This document shows, piece after piece, positions 49,078 to 58,392 of a stretch of DNA of 64,000 nt (position 1 is its first letter; each line of letters starts with the position of its first letter). Made by a program: the position numbers and the translations under genes. The stretch is taken from NCBI GenBank assembly GCA_030646035.1, contig JAUSMY010000046.1:73072-137071 (forward strand). The letters run 5' to 3'. This stretch comes from Thermodesulfovibrionia bacterium (GTDB lineage: Bacteria; Nitrospirota; Thermodesulfovibrionia; UBA6902). Under the pieces are notes generated by a model. The model saw only the letters and a list, made by a program, of their open reading frames with translations. It was not told where the DNA came from and ran no database searches.

Positions 49078-50270
49078 CTGCGTATGCTGCCCACCACCTT
49101 ATAGAGAGGCAGGAAGAATGAGGAAATGGTCAAGAGGACTACTATCCCGAGTAAGAAGATCATTACAGGTTCAATTATAACAAATATCTTTTTAACGGTT
49201 TCAGGCACATCCCTGTCATAGATATCGCTGATGTTGAGTATTGAGGAGTCGAGGGTTCCGGTCTTTTCTCCTATCTCAATGATGTTCACTATTAATGGCG
49301 GGAAGTCGCCTGTCTTGCTGAAAGATGTACTGAGAAGTTCTCCGCCGAGCACCGCATTGTTGATATTCTCGAATGTGTCAGCGATGGATGTGTTCTTTAC
49401 AACGCTCGTAGATATTTCGAGAGTCTTGTCCATGCTCATACCTGATTTAAAGAGAGTAGAAAATGTCCTGAAATACCTGGAGTGGTCAAACTTTTTTAAC
49501 AGCGGGCCTATGATAGGAACTTTCAGGATGAATCTGTCAATAAGCCTTCTGCCGGAATAGGATCTGTAAGATAAATTCAGTGCAACCGGAATAGCTATAA
49601 CAGCAAGCAGTATCAATGGCCAGTAATCCCTGGCGATCTCAACAGTTGATATCAAAACTCGTGTTACAAGTGGAAGCTCTGCATTCATTGTGGTAAGGAC
49701 AGCCACAAGTTTAGGCAGGACAAATATAAAGAGTATGCCCATCAGGCTGAAGACAGCTATCATCACTATCAATGGGTATACAAATGCCATTCCTATCTCT
49801 TTTTTTAAATTGATCTTCCATTTTAGATATGCCATTGCATCATCAAGCACCTGATCCATATTGCCGGATACCTCTCCTGCCCTTATGAGGCTTACATAAA
49901 TGTCAGGGAACAGGTCAGGGTGTTCAAGCATTGAGCCGTAAATGGATTTGCCTGATTCTATCTTATCATGGAGGATAGCCGCAGCCCTTGAGACGTTGCT
50001 GTTTGAAGATTGCATGCCTATGCTGTTTAAGCCGTCAAGCAGTGACATTCCTGAAGTGAATATCAGTTTCAAAAAATAAGTGAGGCTGAGCAGGTCGCTT
50101 TCATTAAGCTTTAAACGTGTTTTAAATTCAAAGGACTTTTTAGAAGCATTTATGAGTGTTAACCCCCTTGAGCCAAGCCTCTCTTCAAGCTCGTTCTCAT
50201 TAGATGCGTCTATCTGGTCATTGATAATTTGTGACTCCTTATTTATTGCCCTGTAACTGTAGGTAGCCAT
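49074..50270 (-). CDS. type II secretion / type IV pilus platform protein (GspF/PilC family)
   Basis: The protein is 398 aa and shows the duplicated GspF domain topology. Confidence 0.9.
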   Translation of the reverse strand: MATYSYRAINKESQIINDQIDASNENELEERLGSRGLTLINASKKSFEFKTRLKLNESDLLSLTYFLKLIFTSGMSLLDGLNSIGMQSSNSNVSRAAAILHDKIESGKSIYGSMLEHPDLFPDIYVSLIRAGEVSGNMDQVLDDAMAYLKWKINLKKEIGMAFVYPLIVMIAVFSLMGILFIFVLPKLVAVLTTMNAELPLVTRVLISTVEIARDYWPLILLAVIAIPVALNLSYRSYSGRRLIDRFILKVPIIGPLLKKFDHSRYFRTFSTLFKSGMSMDKTLEISTSVVKNTSIADTFENINNAVLGGELLSTSFSKTGDFPPLIVNIIEIGEKTGTLDSSILNISDIYDRDVPETVKKIFVIIEPVMIFLLGIVVLLTISSFFLPLYKVVGSIRR

Positions 50271-51733
50271 CAGGATGCAGTCCTTGTAGTGCTGAGCACT
50301 TCTTCCAATGAGGTCTTGCCGGAGATGACCTTATTTATGCCGACATCAAACATTGTGCGCATTCCGCTCTTCTTTGCTGCTGCTGCGATAGTGTCGGAAC
50401 TTGCCTTATTTATAACAAGCTCTTTTATGGCTTGATTCATCTTCATGATCTCGTATATAACGGTCCTGCCGCGGTAGCCGCTGTCATTGCATTTCTCACA
50501 TCCCTTAGCCCTGTAGAAGACAGCTCCATCAGGGATCTTGATATCAGAACCTTCAATGAAATTAGTTGGAGGAGAATAGGCCTCTTTGCAGTGATCGCAT
50601 AACAGCCTTATCAGCCTCTGTGAGATGACCGTATCTACAGTTGAAGCAAGAAGGAATGGTTCAATCCCCATGTCTATGAGCCTGGGCAGGCTTGACGCTG
50701 CGTCGTTAGTATGAAGGGTAGAGAAGACCAGATGTCCTGTGAGAGAAGACCTTATCGCAAGTTCTGCTGTTTCAAAATCCCTCATCTCTCCTATGAGTAT
50801 TACATCAGGATCCTGCCTTAATATCGAACGTAAACCGGATGCAAAGGTAAGGCCTGCTTTTACGTTTATTTGCGATTGCCTTATGAGCGGCAGGTGATAC
50901 TCGATAGGGTCTTCAATAGTAAAAATATTTTTATAGACGCTGTTGATTATTGATAAAGCGGAATAGAGCGTTGTTGTCTTGCCTGAACCTGTAGGCCCGC
51001 TCATGAGTATCATCCCATACGGCATGCTCAATGAATGATTCAGCGTCGCAATATCCGCTTTCTCAAAGCCCAGATTTTCAAGTCCTAATATAAGCTGAGA
51101 CTTGTTGAGCAGCCTCATAACGATGTTTTCCCCATCGACGATCGGGAAGGTCGATATTCTTACATCAAATTTCATGTTTTGTCTTGAGATCATCGTGCCC
51201 CCATCCTGAGGCACCCTGTTTTCCGCTATGTTCATTGAACCCATTATCTTTACCCTTGAAACGATCGCAGACAATAAACTTTTCGGCAGGTACATCGCAT
51301 GGCGAAGCCGCCCATCGATCCTGAACCTGACCCTTGTGCCCCTGGTATCAGGCCCTATATGGATATCTGTTGCGCCCATATCAATGGCAGAGAAGATAAT
51401 GTTTTCAACAAGCCTTACAATAGGCACCAGAGATACATCAACCTTGGTTCCGGCGGTCCGGTCTTCTGAACGGAGCGCTGTTGTGCTTTTCCTTACTATA
51501 TCTTCTATATCATCAGGGATATCTATCTCTTCTTTCTGCTCGGCAGTATCGCCGGTATGCGACATGGATAGTACTTTAAGAAGGTCTTGCTGGCTTATAA
51601 AGCCTTTACTGAAGAGGATAGCGCCTATAAGCTCCCCGGTTTTTTTCTGCTCGTCAAGCGCAATTTTCAGCTGCTCTTCTGAGATGAGGCCGGTCTCTAT
51701 CAGGCGTTCGCCTATCTTTTTGTAAAACGGCAT
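50270..51733 (-). CDS. type II/IV secretion ATPase (GspE/PilB family)
   Basis: It has an N-terminal GSPII_E domain and Walker A SGPTGSGKTT. The C-terminus carries a tetracysteine CDHC...CEKC zinc motif. Confidence 0.95.
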   Translation of the reverse strand: MPFYKKIGERLIETGLISEEQLKIALDEQKKTGELIGAILFSKGFISQQDLLKVLSMSHTGDTAEQKEEIDIPDDIEDIVRKSTTALRSEDRTAGTKVDVSLVPIVRLVENIIFSAIDMGATDIHIGPDTRGTRVRFRIDGRLRHAMYLPKSLLSAIVSRVKIMGSMNIAENRVPQDGGTMISRQNMKFDVRISTFPIVDGENIVMRLLNKSQLILGLENLGFEKADIATLNHSLSMPYGMILMSGPTGSGKTTTLYSALSIINSVYKNIFTIEDPIEYHLPLIRQSQINVKAGLTFASGLRSILRQDPDVILIGEMRDFETAELAIRSSLTGHLVFSTLHTNDAASSLPRLIDMGIEPFLLASTVDTVISQRLIRLLCDHCKEAYSPPTNFIEGSDIKIPDGAVFYRAKGCEKCNDSGYRGRTVIYEIMKMNQAIKELVINKASSDTIAAAAKKSGMRTMFDVGINKVISGKTSLEEVLSTTRTAS

Positions 51734-51867
51734 AATTGGTTAACCTGCCTTTGTATAGTAATAAGATACTATTACATTATAACCAATTATTTCTAAGATG
51801 CAATAGAAATTTGGAAGCTGATTTTTGAAAAAACCGGTAATCGATATATTGATGAGTGTCAGCTTTG

Positions 51868-52989
51868 TCAGTTCTTTTTGAGCCGTTTACTGTCTGTCAT
51901 TGTTACTATGATATAAAATGCGACCAGGAAAGTTATTGTGACGGCAAGCGCGCCTGTCCATCCTAACAGGTCAGGCAGGAAAATATTACTGCCGGTGATC
52001 TTTATTCTTGAAGACATGAAAGGCATCCACAAACCAACCGCAAGCATTGCGCCTAATATTGCAAAGAAATGTTTGATATGTCCCTCGGCTGACCGCCGGA
52101 GAATTCCGACTACTCACCCGTCTGACAGCACCATGCCGAATCCGAATATCATGCCGCCTATTATGCTGTGCAGCCCGGCAGGCATTACGAATGTTGAGGC
52201 CGGTTTTAATGAAGAAGCTTTGATAATGCTGAAACCGATAACGCCTATGATAAGGCTTATTATCACTCCGCGCATCATTTCATAATTCCGTGAAATGAAC
52301 AAGTCCCGGAACGCTGATGAAAAACCAAAGGAGGCGCGCTGAAATACCAATCCAAATGCCATACCGAAGATCAATATGCCTGCGAGGCTGCCTTTGCCGT
52401 TTACAGAGTAGGCCACGATAATTATAGAAATTAAAATGATGACAAGAAATCCTATTAAAGGTGTTCGTGATAAAGATTTGTTATTGCTGACACAAGATGC
52501 CGGGCTTCCTTGCTTCTTTGATAACAGGAGTTTACCACCGAGATATCCGCCTGCGATCAAACCAACCATCATGTAGAACCCGCTTAATGACAGAGCCATG
52601 ATCGATGAAAAAAAACCACCGACAATACAGGAGCCTGCGATCAGGCTGCCGATTCCCATCAGCACACCGCCTGTGAAACTTTTAGAACATTCACCTGCAC
52701 CGGATTTCGTAATTTTAAATTCTCTTGAAAGCAGGGCGCCGACCAATGCGCCTAAAAACAAGCCGACCGTTATAAGGTTCTTAATATCATATTGCGCCGG
52801 TTCCAGAGGACCCCATGGTGATTCAATATTTATACCTGCAAGCTTGTAAGTCCAAATTCCCCATGTCCCCATTGCGGGATACACAGCTCCCAGCGGCATT
52901 AAATATATAAAGAAGGCGATGTTGAGCAATCCCAACAGCACACCGCCAACCCACTTGGGCCATTGTTTCGTAAATAATTTATTATACAT
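51868..52989 (-). CDS. YeeE/YedE-family (sulfur/selenium transport) membrane protein with an in-frame TGA at 52114-52116, a putative selenocysteine codon (373 aa if read through)
   Basis: The first half carries the family motif AGSCIVGG. The 291-aa ORF stops at TGA exactly where the second repeat's equivalent motif would be (SDG-U-VVGIL). The reading frame then continues uninterrupted for 81 more TM-like residues with no RBS or start codon. A hairpin CUCCGGC-GGUCA-GCCGAGG begins about 12 nt downstream of the UGA. Confidence 0.55.
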
Positions 52990-53039
52990 ATGTATTCAGA
53001 GCCTCCTTTGTTTTATTTCTATTGTTTCTACCATAAAAG

Positions 53040-53303
53040 TTATGGACTCTTATTAGTATCTTTCAGGATCTCCGCCTTTAATTCATCGTATGTAACAGTG
53101 CCGTTCTGCACGATGAAACGATCGTTGAGCATAACAGAAGGGCATGGCGGCGGATCTTTTTCCATCCAATATTCATTGGATGACTTTTTAATCACAACAA
53201 CATCTACGCCGAACTCTTGATTTGCCTTCCAGGCAACCTGAGTGTTCTGCTGTCAACGAGTACCCATCGGTTCGTTTACATATAGCTTAATGGTGTTTTT
53301 CAT
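53040..53303 (-). CDS. small thioredoxin-fold (ArsC/Spx- or glutaredoxin-like) protein with an in-frame TGA at 53253-53255, a putative selenoprotein (87 aa)
   Basis: A strong GGAGGA RBS is present. The protein reads MKNTIKLYVNEPMGTR-[TGA]-QQNTQVAWKANQEFGVDVVVIKK...PPPCPSVMLNDRFIVQNGTVTYDELKAEILK. The TGA sits in the loop after beta-strand 1, where redox-active Cys/Sec residues of this fold are found. A hairpin begins about 12 nt after the UGA. Confidence 0.4.
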
Positions 53304-53330
53304 TTTCATTTCCTCCTTTAAATTGTGTAA

Positions 53331-54590
53331 CTAAAATTCATATCTCATTTGCCAGTAAATATTATCGTTCTTATCCAACTGCCCGAACTGATTCCATTCT
53401 TCTCCGCCTCCGAAGATATTTGCTCCAACCGCCGCCCATATGGAATCGGAGAAGTTGTACTTAACCTCAGGGTTTAAGAGGTAATCGCTGTCAGTCGGGC
53501 TGTAGAAAGAGAAGAGGGAGAGCCTTAGGGTTTGATGTATCAAAAATTGTGTCAGCCTCACAGAGGCAAGATCATGCAGCTTATTCTCGTGCGGAAATCC
53601 GGCAGGGAGGTACTTCTCGTACTCCGGATATTTGTGCATATATTCGCCGTAATATTGAAGACCGATGGTAAAGTCTTCCCACATCTGTCTCTGGAAGCCG
53701 ACAAGGAATTTCGTTTGTGAATTTGGCATCATCGGGTCTGTGCCGTCACTATCCTGTCTTGAATCGTAATATCCCGCCTCAAGGCTCAGGACACCATCCA
53801 ATGCTCTCCCCTGTAAGCTTGCTCCATAAACAGATAGTTCAGGGTAAAAGAACTCGATCTTTGTCGGAGCAGTCATGCTGTCCGGAAGCATGGAAGGCTG
53901 TCTGGAAAACCCGCGATAAAAATACAGAGACGCATCAAAACCTGAAACATCACGATATATCCTGAATGCAACTTCAGTATTTTCAAGAGTTGCGGTTGGC
54001 TCTTTCTCCACACGATTTGCAATAGACGGCATCGGGTCGAACATGTGGAATCTCTTCTGCTCAGGGAAATTGTTCGGTTCAAAAAATGGAACGATAACCA
54101 ATTCCGCAGAGGCAAAGGATGGATACACGCCGATCTTTATACCATCGACACCTTTTTTTAAATACTCCATTGGCCTGCCTGAGAAGAACGCCTCATAGTC
54201 TTTTGGAAATACATCGTTTATAAAAATCAAATCTCCAAGCCCCCACGTGATGACCTGTCTGCCAAGCCTCATATCCCACATGGAAGAAGTGTAATCAACA
54301 TATCCTTCCCTTAACTCTATTTCGGCTTCTTCATCAACATGGTCATAAAAGGCGTCTGTCTTCAGAAAGAGATGGAATGCTTCTTTATTCGCATCAAGTT
54401 TGATCTGCAATCTTTCCTCAGCCCATTTGAAGTCCTTGCCGTCAGGATTTGATGAGTTGGTGTCTACAGAATAGTTTCCCTGTAAGAAGCCATGCAGTGA
54501 AATATCATCTGCTGTTGCAAACGATGATGATAGCGCAAAGAAAAAGCACGATACGAAACAACCGATAAAAAATCTGTTTTTATTTTTCAT
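53331..54590 (-). CDS. putative outer-membrane beta-barrel protein
   Basis: A signal peptide follows MKNKNRFFIGCFVSCFFFALSSSFA. Alternating amphipathic strands are present, and the C-terminus is ...YWQMRYEF with a terminal Phe, the OMP signature. The start is placed at 54590 to avoid overlap with the methyltransferase gene. Confidence 0.5.
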   Translation of the reverse strand: MKNKNRFFIGCFVSCFFFALSSSFATADDISLHGFLQGNYSVDTNSSNPDGKDFKWAEERLQIKLDANKEAFHLFLKTDAFYDHVDEEAEIELREGYVDYTSSMWDMRLGRQVITWGLGDLIFINDVFPKDYEAFFSGRPMEYLKKGVDGIKIGVYPSFASAELVIVPFFEPNNFPEQKRFHMFDPMPSIANRVEKEPTATLENTEVAFRIYRDVSGFDASLYFYRGFSRQPSMLPDSMTAPTKIEFFYPELSVYGASLQGRALDGVLSLEAGYYDSRQDSDGTDPMMPNSQTKFLVGFQRQMWEDFTIGLQYYGEYMHKYPEYEKYLPAGFPHENKLHDLASVRLTQFLIHQTLRLSLFSFYSPTDSDYLLNPEVKYNFSDSIWAAVGANIFGGGEEWNQFGQLDKNDNIYWQMRYEF

Positions 54591-54597
54591 TTTGCGC

Positions 54598-55260
54598 CTA
54601 TACTGATTTGTCTGCCCGGATACAAACAAAACCCGCATCTTTTACCAATCTGTTATTTGCAACTTCTTTCCCAGGCTTAACTGATGGAGGCTGACATAAT
54701 GTTGACGAATACGAATCAACTCTCAAGCCTGCCTTCTCTATCATCTCTTTAACTTCATTGACGCTATAAAACTTTGCATACTTGTATATAGAGTGTCCTT
54801 CTGCTTTTTTTCTCGCATACAGCTGACCCCATAAACTTTCCTTGTTTATTATCCCGGCGATAAGCCCTCCGTTTTTCTTCAAAACCCTTTTTGCCTCAGA
54901 GATCACCTTCTCAGGATTTTCCACAAAGCAGAGCGTAAACAGTATAAATACGCCTCCAAAAGATTCATCTTTAAAAGGCAGTTTATCTCCTGAAGCTGTC
55001 TCGGCCTTTATCCCGCGCATCTCCGCTATCTTTAAAACTTCTTTAGAAGGATCAATGCCGTACTCAATACCCAATGCTTCTGCAAATCGTCCCGTTCCTA
55101 CTCCGATTTCGAGGAAGGGATGTTCAAGTCCTTTCATCAAAAGCCTTGCTGACGCGGCCTCCAGTTCAAAAAGCACTTTGCCTTCCGCACTATCAAACCA
55201 CTTATCGTAATCCCCGGCATGCTTGTCAAAGGCTTCAACATCAGAACTCATTCCACCCAC
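54598..55260 (-). CDS. class I SAM-dependent methyltransferase
   Basis: Motif I is LEIGVGTGRFAEAL. The protein is 220 aa. Confidence 0.8.
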   Translation of the reverse strand: MGGMSSDVEAFDKHAGDYDKWFDSAEGKVLFELEAASARLLMKGLEHPFLEIGVGTGRFAEALGIEYGIDPSKEVLKIAEMRGIKAETASGDKLPFKDESFGGVFILFTLCFVENPEKVISEAKRVLKKNGGLIAGIINKESLWGQLYARKKAEGHSIYKYAKFYSVNEVKEMIEKAGLRVDSYSSTLCQPPSVKPGKEVANNRLVKDAGFVCIRADKSV

Positions 55261-56036
55261 TTCTTCGGCGGCTGCTTTAAGAATCGTTCGCTGAACAGGC
55301 TGTCTTCTATCCCGATGTTGTAATCCGTTTTCGTATAGGTAACCTCTGTCCTGTGTCCGCTTGCCAGGTTTTTCATCGCTCTCTTTGTGATTGTCGGAAT
55401 ACCTTTAACATCTTGTATTTCATCAGCGCTGAAGACTCTGTAGAGTTCGCCTTTTTTGTCATAATACTCTTCTTTCAGCGGCAGGAAACTGACCTTGTCA
55501 ATCCATGAGAGTTTGTAACTGTAATCAACATCCTGAGCCTTTGGAGAGCTTTTTATAACATAGCACTCTTTTGTATCAAGTCTTTCCTCTTTTGCAATAG
55601 CATGGTTATCATCTTCCACATCCCGTCCCGAAACATCTTCATATGTAAAATCAGAGCCGACAAAGCTTGAGCTTTTGTCCTGCGCGGCAATCCGTCGAAC
55701 CATGTTGATCGCAGGCACAAAGAGCCACCTGTCATCGTCTTTAGCAGGGAATTTGTAAACCATGAACGTCATGTCTTTCACGTCAGCAGGCTGATAGAAG
55801 TACATGAAATATTTCTGCTCTCCGCCAGACGCGCCGTAATTCTTTCTCAGCATTGTAAGTTCCCTGACTCTCTCCTGTCCGCTTTTGCTGATAAGCTTCA
55901 TCATGACCCTTGCCTTGAAATCCTTGCCTTGATAGAAGAAAGCTTCCTGAGATTTTTTAACAGCTTCCTCCGCAGTCAGGGCAAAGACATTTAACGGCAT
56001 TAACAGTACAACCAATAACATCAGATATCGCTTCAT
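55248..56036 (-). CDS. LolA-like periplasmic lipoprotein-carrier-fold protein (outer membrane lipoprotein-sorting-like)
   Basis: A gggagag RBS and the signal peptide MKRYLMLLVVLLMPLNVFA are present. The gene is immediately downstream of the RND exporter gene, a common pairing. Confidence 0.55.
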   Translation of the reverse strand: MKRYLMLLVVLLMPLNVFALTAEEAVKKSQEAFFYQGKDFKARVMMKLISKSGQERVRELTMLRKNYGASGGEQKYFMYFYQPADVKDMTFMVYKFPAKDDDRWLFVPAINMVRRIAAQDKSSSFVGSDFTYEDVSGRDVEDDNHAIAKEERLDTKECYVIKSSPKAQDVDYSYKLSWIDKVSFLPLKEEYYDKKGELYRVFSADEIQDVKGIPTITKRAMKNLASGHRTEVTYTKTDYNIGIEDSLFSERFLKQPPKKWVE

Positions 56037-56037
56037 T

Positions 56038-58353
56038 TTAACTCTCCCTTTTGAAAAGCCAGCCTTGCAGTAAAACAATAAGAGCTGGCAGATAAATTAT
56101 TGTCATTATCGCGCTGAGCAGCATCATGCTGACAATGAAAGCGCCCACAGTTATATACGGGGTTAACGGCGCGAATATCATTACGGCAAAGGATGCTGCA
56201 AAGAGTATTGCGTTGCGCATTATCCCTTTCCCGGGACGCGCTGCTGTCCAGAGCAATGCGTCAGAAAGAGTTTCGCTCCCCTTCGTTTCGGTCATGCGTT
56301 GCCTGAGCCTGCTCACAAAATGGATAGCAAAGTCCACCGCCATGCCGAGAGAGAGGCAGGAAAGAACAGAGATCGGCATATCAAAGTCCTTGCCGATAAA
56401 GCCGACAACTCCATAGATAAACAGTATTGTGAAGAGAAGCGGGGTATATCCGACAATAGCCCATTTGACGGATCGGAAGTCAAAGGCAAGGATGGCAAAT
56501 ACGGCTATCAATGCAATAATAAAGCCCGTTACCATGTCCCATAACACCTCATCATTCCAGACAAGGTTGAAGTAGGCGATACCCGACGGCTTCAATTCCA
56601 TAGCAACAGGATGGGCAGTCTTGTACTCATCCATCGCCTTTATCACCTCCCTCATTGCCTGCGCGTCCCATGTCTTCAACTGCACCCAGATGTTCGCTTT
56701 TCTGAACGGGTAGTCCACAACATTGTCCAGATCAGCGGGCTTTGCAGACATTGAGAAGAGGAAGATATACTGCCCGATCATCTCCTTTGTCTCAGGGACA
56801 ACATCATATTTAGGGTCATTGTCATGAAGGACAAGGTTAATCCGCTTCACGTAGTCAACAACCGAAGTTGTCTTGCCGACAACAGAGAGTTTTTCAAGGT
56901 GCTGCTGAAGCCCCTCGATATAGCGCATCGCCTCAGGGGTTTTTATGAAATCATCTTCTTCTGCAGTCGCGACGACATATGCCATTGAGGTGCCGCCGAG
57001 AGAACTGTTTATGACCGTATCGGCTATACGAACATCGCTGTCCTTCTTGAACCATTCCACCAGATTATTATTGACATTCATTTTTGTTACCCCGACAATT
57101 GCTATCGCACAAAGCACAAGGCCGGCGATGACCGTAGCCTTTGGACTATGCGTGCCTATTGAGGCAAGCTTCTGTAATAAACTCGAAGTCCTGCTTGAGC
57201 CGATGTCTTCCGCATGAGCGATCTTTTCTATCTGCTCATCTTTCACAAAGGTGAACATGGCCGGGATAAAGCTGAAACTCAAGATCCGCAGGACGATAGT
57301 GCCGAATGCCACAACACCGCCAAAGACCTGTACCGGGATAATATTCATAAAAAGAAGCACGCCGAAACCGACGGCTGTTGCCAATGCGGTGTTGCGGACA
57401 GGGCGGCTCACAGCTCGCATTGTCTCGATTATTGCGGCCTTTTTGTCTTTCTTCTCCCTGTAGCGGAAGTAGAACTCGTTGAATATATGCATGCTGTCTG
57501 TTGCGATAGCCATAAGAAAGACAGGCGCCATTGAACTCATGATATGAATAGGGTAGCCAAGGCCAATAAGAAGTCCCATGCTCCAGACGATGCTGACCAT
57601 GGCGTCCATCATCAGCGTAATGGAGAGGAAAAGGTCTCTGAACATGAGATACCTGACAAGAAGCATGACCATTCCTGCAATCGGGGCAAAGATCGCCATG
57701 AGCTTGAACATCTCAGCTCCGAAAGTATCCCGTGCTACAGGATCGCCTGCTACGTAATATTTTTCATCGCCTGTTTCTTTCTTCAATATCTTTTTTATCT
57801 CATCGGCGATCTCTTTTCCGTTTGATCCTTTTTCAAGAGGGACATATATGGCGGTAGTCTTTCCATCCTTTGAGATAATTTTGTCAATGAATAGCGGGTT
57901 TTCAAACAGCATCTTCCTGAGTGACTCTATCTCCGCCTCACTTTTTGGAACTTCTGTCATGAGAGGAGCGACCCGCAGCGTGCCTGCTTCGGCAGTTACA
58001 TTGGTAATAGTCGGAAAGCTGTTTACATCTCTGGCAGCAACGCCCTTAAGTTTTAATATTTCATCTGTGATCCTCTGGACCTTTCCGAGGGTATCTTTGT
58101 TGAGAACGCCTTTTTCATTCACAATCCCGACCACGATCATGTCTTCATAAAGGCTGAAGGTCTTTTCTACTTCGTCATTCCACATCCTGACATCTGATGT
58201 CTCAGGGAGCATGCTTTTGGGGTTCGTGTCAGTCTTGATCTTCGTAAACTGGGTCGCAAACGCAAGTGTGATGATAATCGTAAGCAGTACGATTAGTTTT
58301 GGATGTTCAACAGAAAATTCAACAAGGGAAAACTTACGCATGCATACCTCCAC
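56038..58353 (-). CDS. RND-superfamily exporter (MMPL/SSD-type, 12 TM, two large periplasmic loops)
   Basis: The protein is 771 aa with two 6-TM bundles in the classical RND/MMPL arrangement. Confidence 0.85.
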   Translation of the reverse strand: MEVCMRKFSLVEFSVEHPKLIVLLTIIITLAFATQFTKIKTDTNPKSMLPETSDVRMWNDEVEKTFSLYEDMIVVGIVNEKGVLNKDTLGKVQRITDEILKLKGVAARDVNSFPTITNVTAEAGTLRVAPLMTEVPKSEAEIESLRKMLFENPLFIDKIISKDGKTTAIYVPLEKGSNGKEIADEIKKILKKETGDEKYYVAGDPVARDTFGAEMFKLMAIFAPIAGMVMLLVRYLMFRDLFLSITLMMDAMVSIVWSMGLLIGLGYPIHIMSSMAPVFLMAIATDSMHIFNEFYFRYREKKDKKAAIIETMRAVSRPVRNTALATAVGFGVLLFMNIIPVQVFGGVVAFGTIVLRILSFSFIPAMFTFVKDEQIEKIAHAEDIGSSRTSSLLQKLASIGTHSPKATVIAGLVLCAIAIVGVTKMNVNNNLVEWFKKDSDVRIADTVINSSLGGTSMAYVVATAEEDDFIKTPEAMRYIEGLQQHLEKLSVVGKTTSVVDYVKRINLVLHDNDPKYDVVPETKEMIGQYIFLFSMSAKPADLDNVVDYPFRKANIWVQLKTWDAQAMREVIKAMDEYKTAHPVAMELKPSGIAYFNLVWNDEVLWDMVTGFIIALIAVFAILAFDFRSVKWAIVGYTPLLFTILFIYGVVGFIGKDFDMPISVLSCLSLGMAVDFAIHFVSRLRQRMTETKGSETLSDALLWTAARPGKGIMRNAILFAASFAVMIFAPLTPYITVGAFIVSMMLLSAIMTIIYLPALIVLLQGWLFKRES

Positions 58354-58392
58354 CTATTTACGCAGGAATGATAATATTCGCAAGCTGCTTAC

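Noticed and set aside
51938-52285. Plus-strand 115-aa ORF, and a possible separate small gene downstream of the 291-aa YeeE ORF
   Set aside because: The ORF is antisense to the YeeE frame. The minus-strand segment after the TGA has no start codon or RBS and is in frame, so it is better explained as read-through (Sec) or part of one disrupted gene than as an independent gene.
52990-53220. 76-aa plus-strand ORF
   Set aside because: It is antisense to the better-supported thioredoxin-fold ORF, which has a strong RBS, and it shows no RBS or motif of its own.
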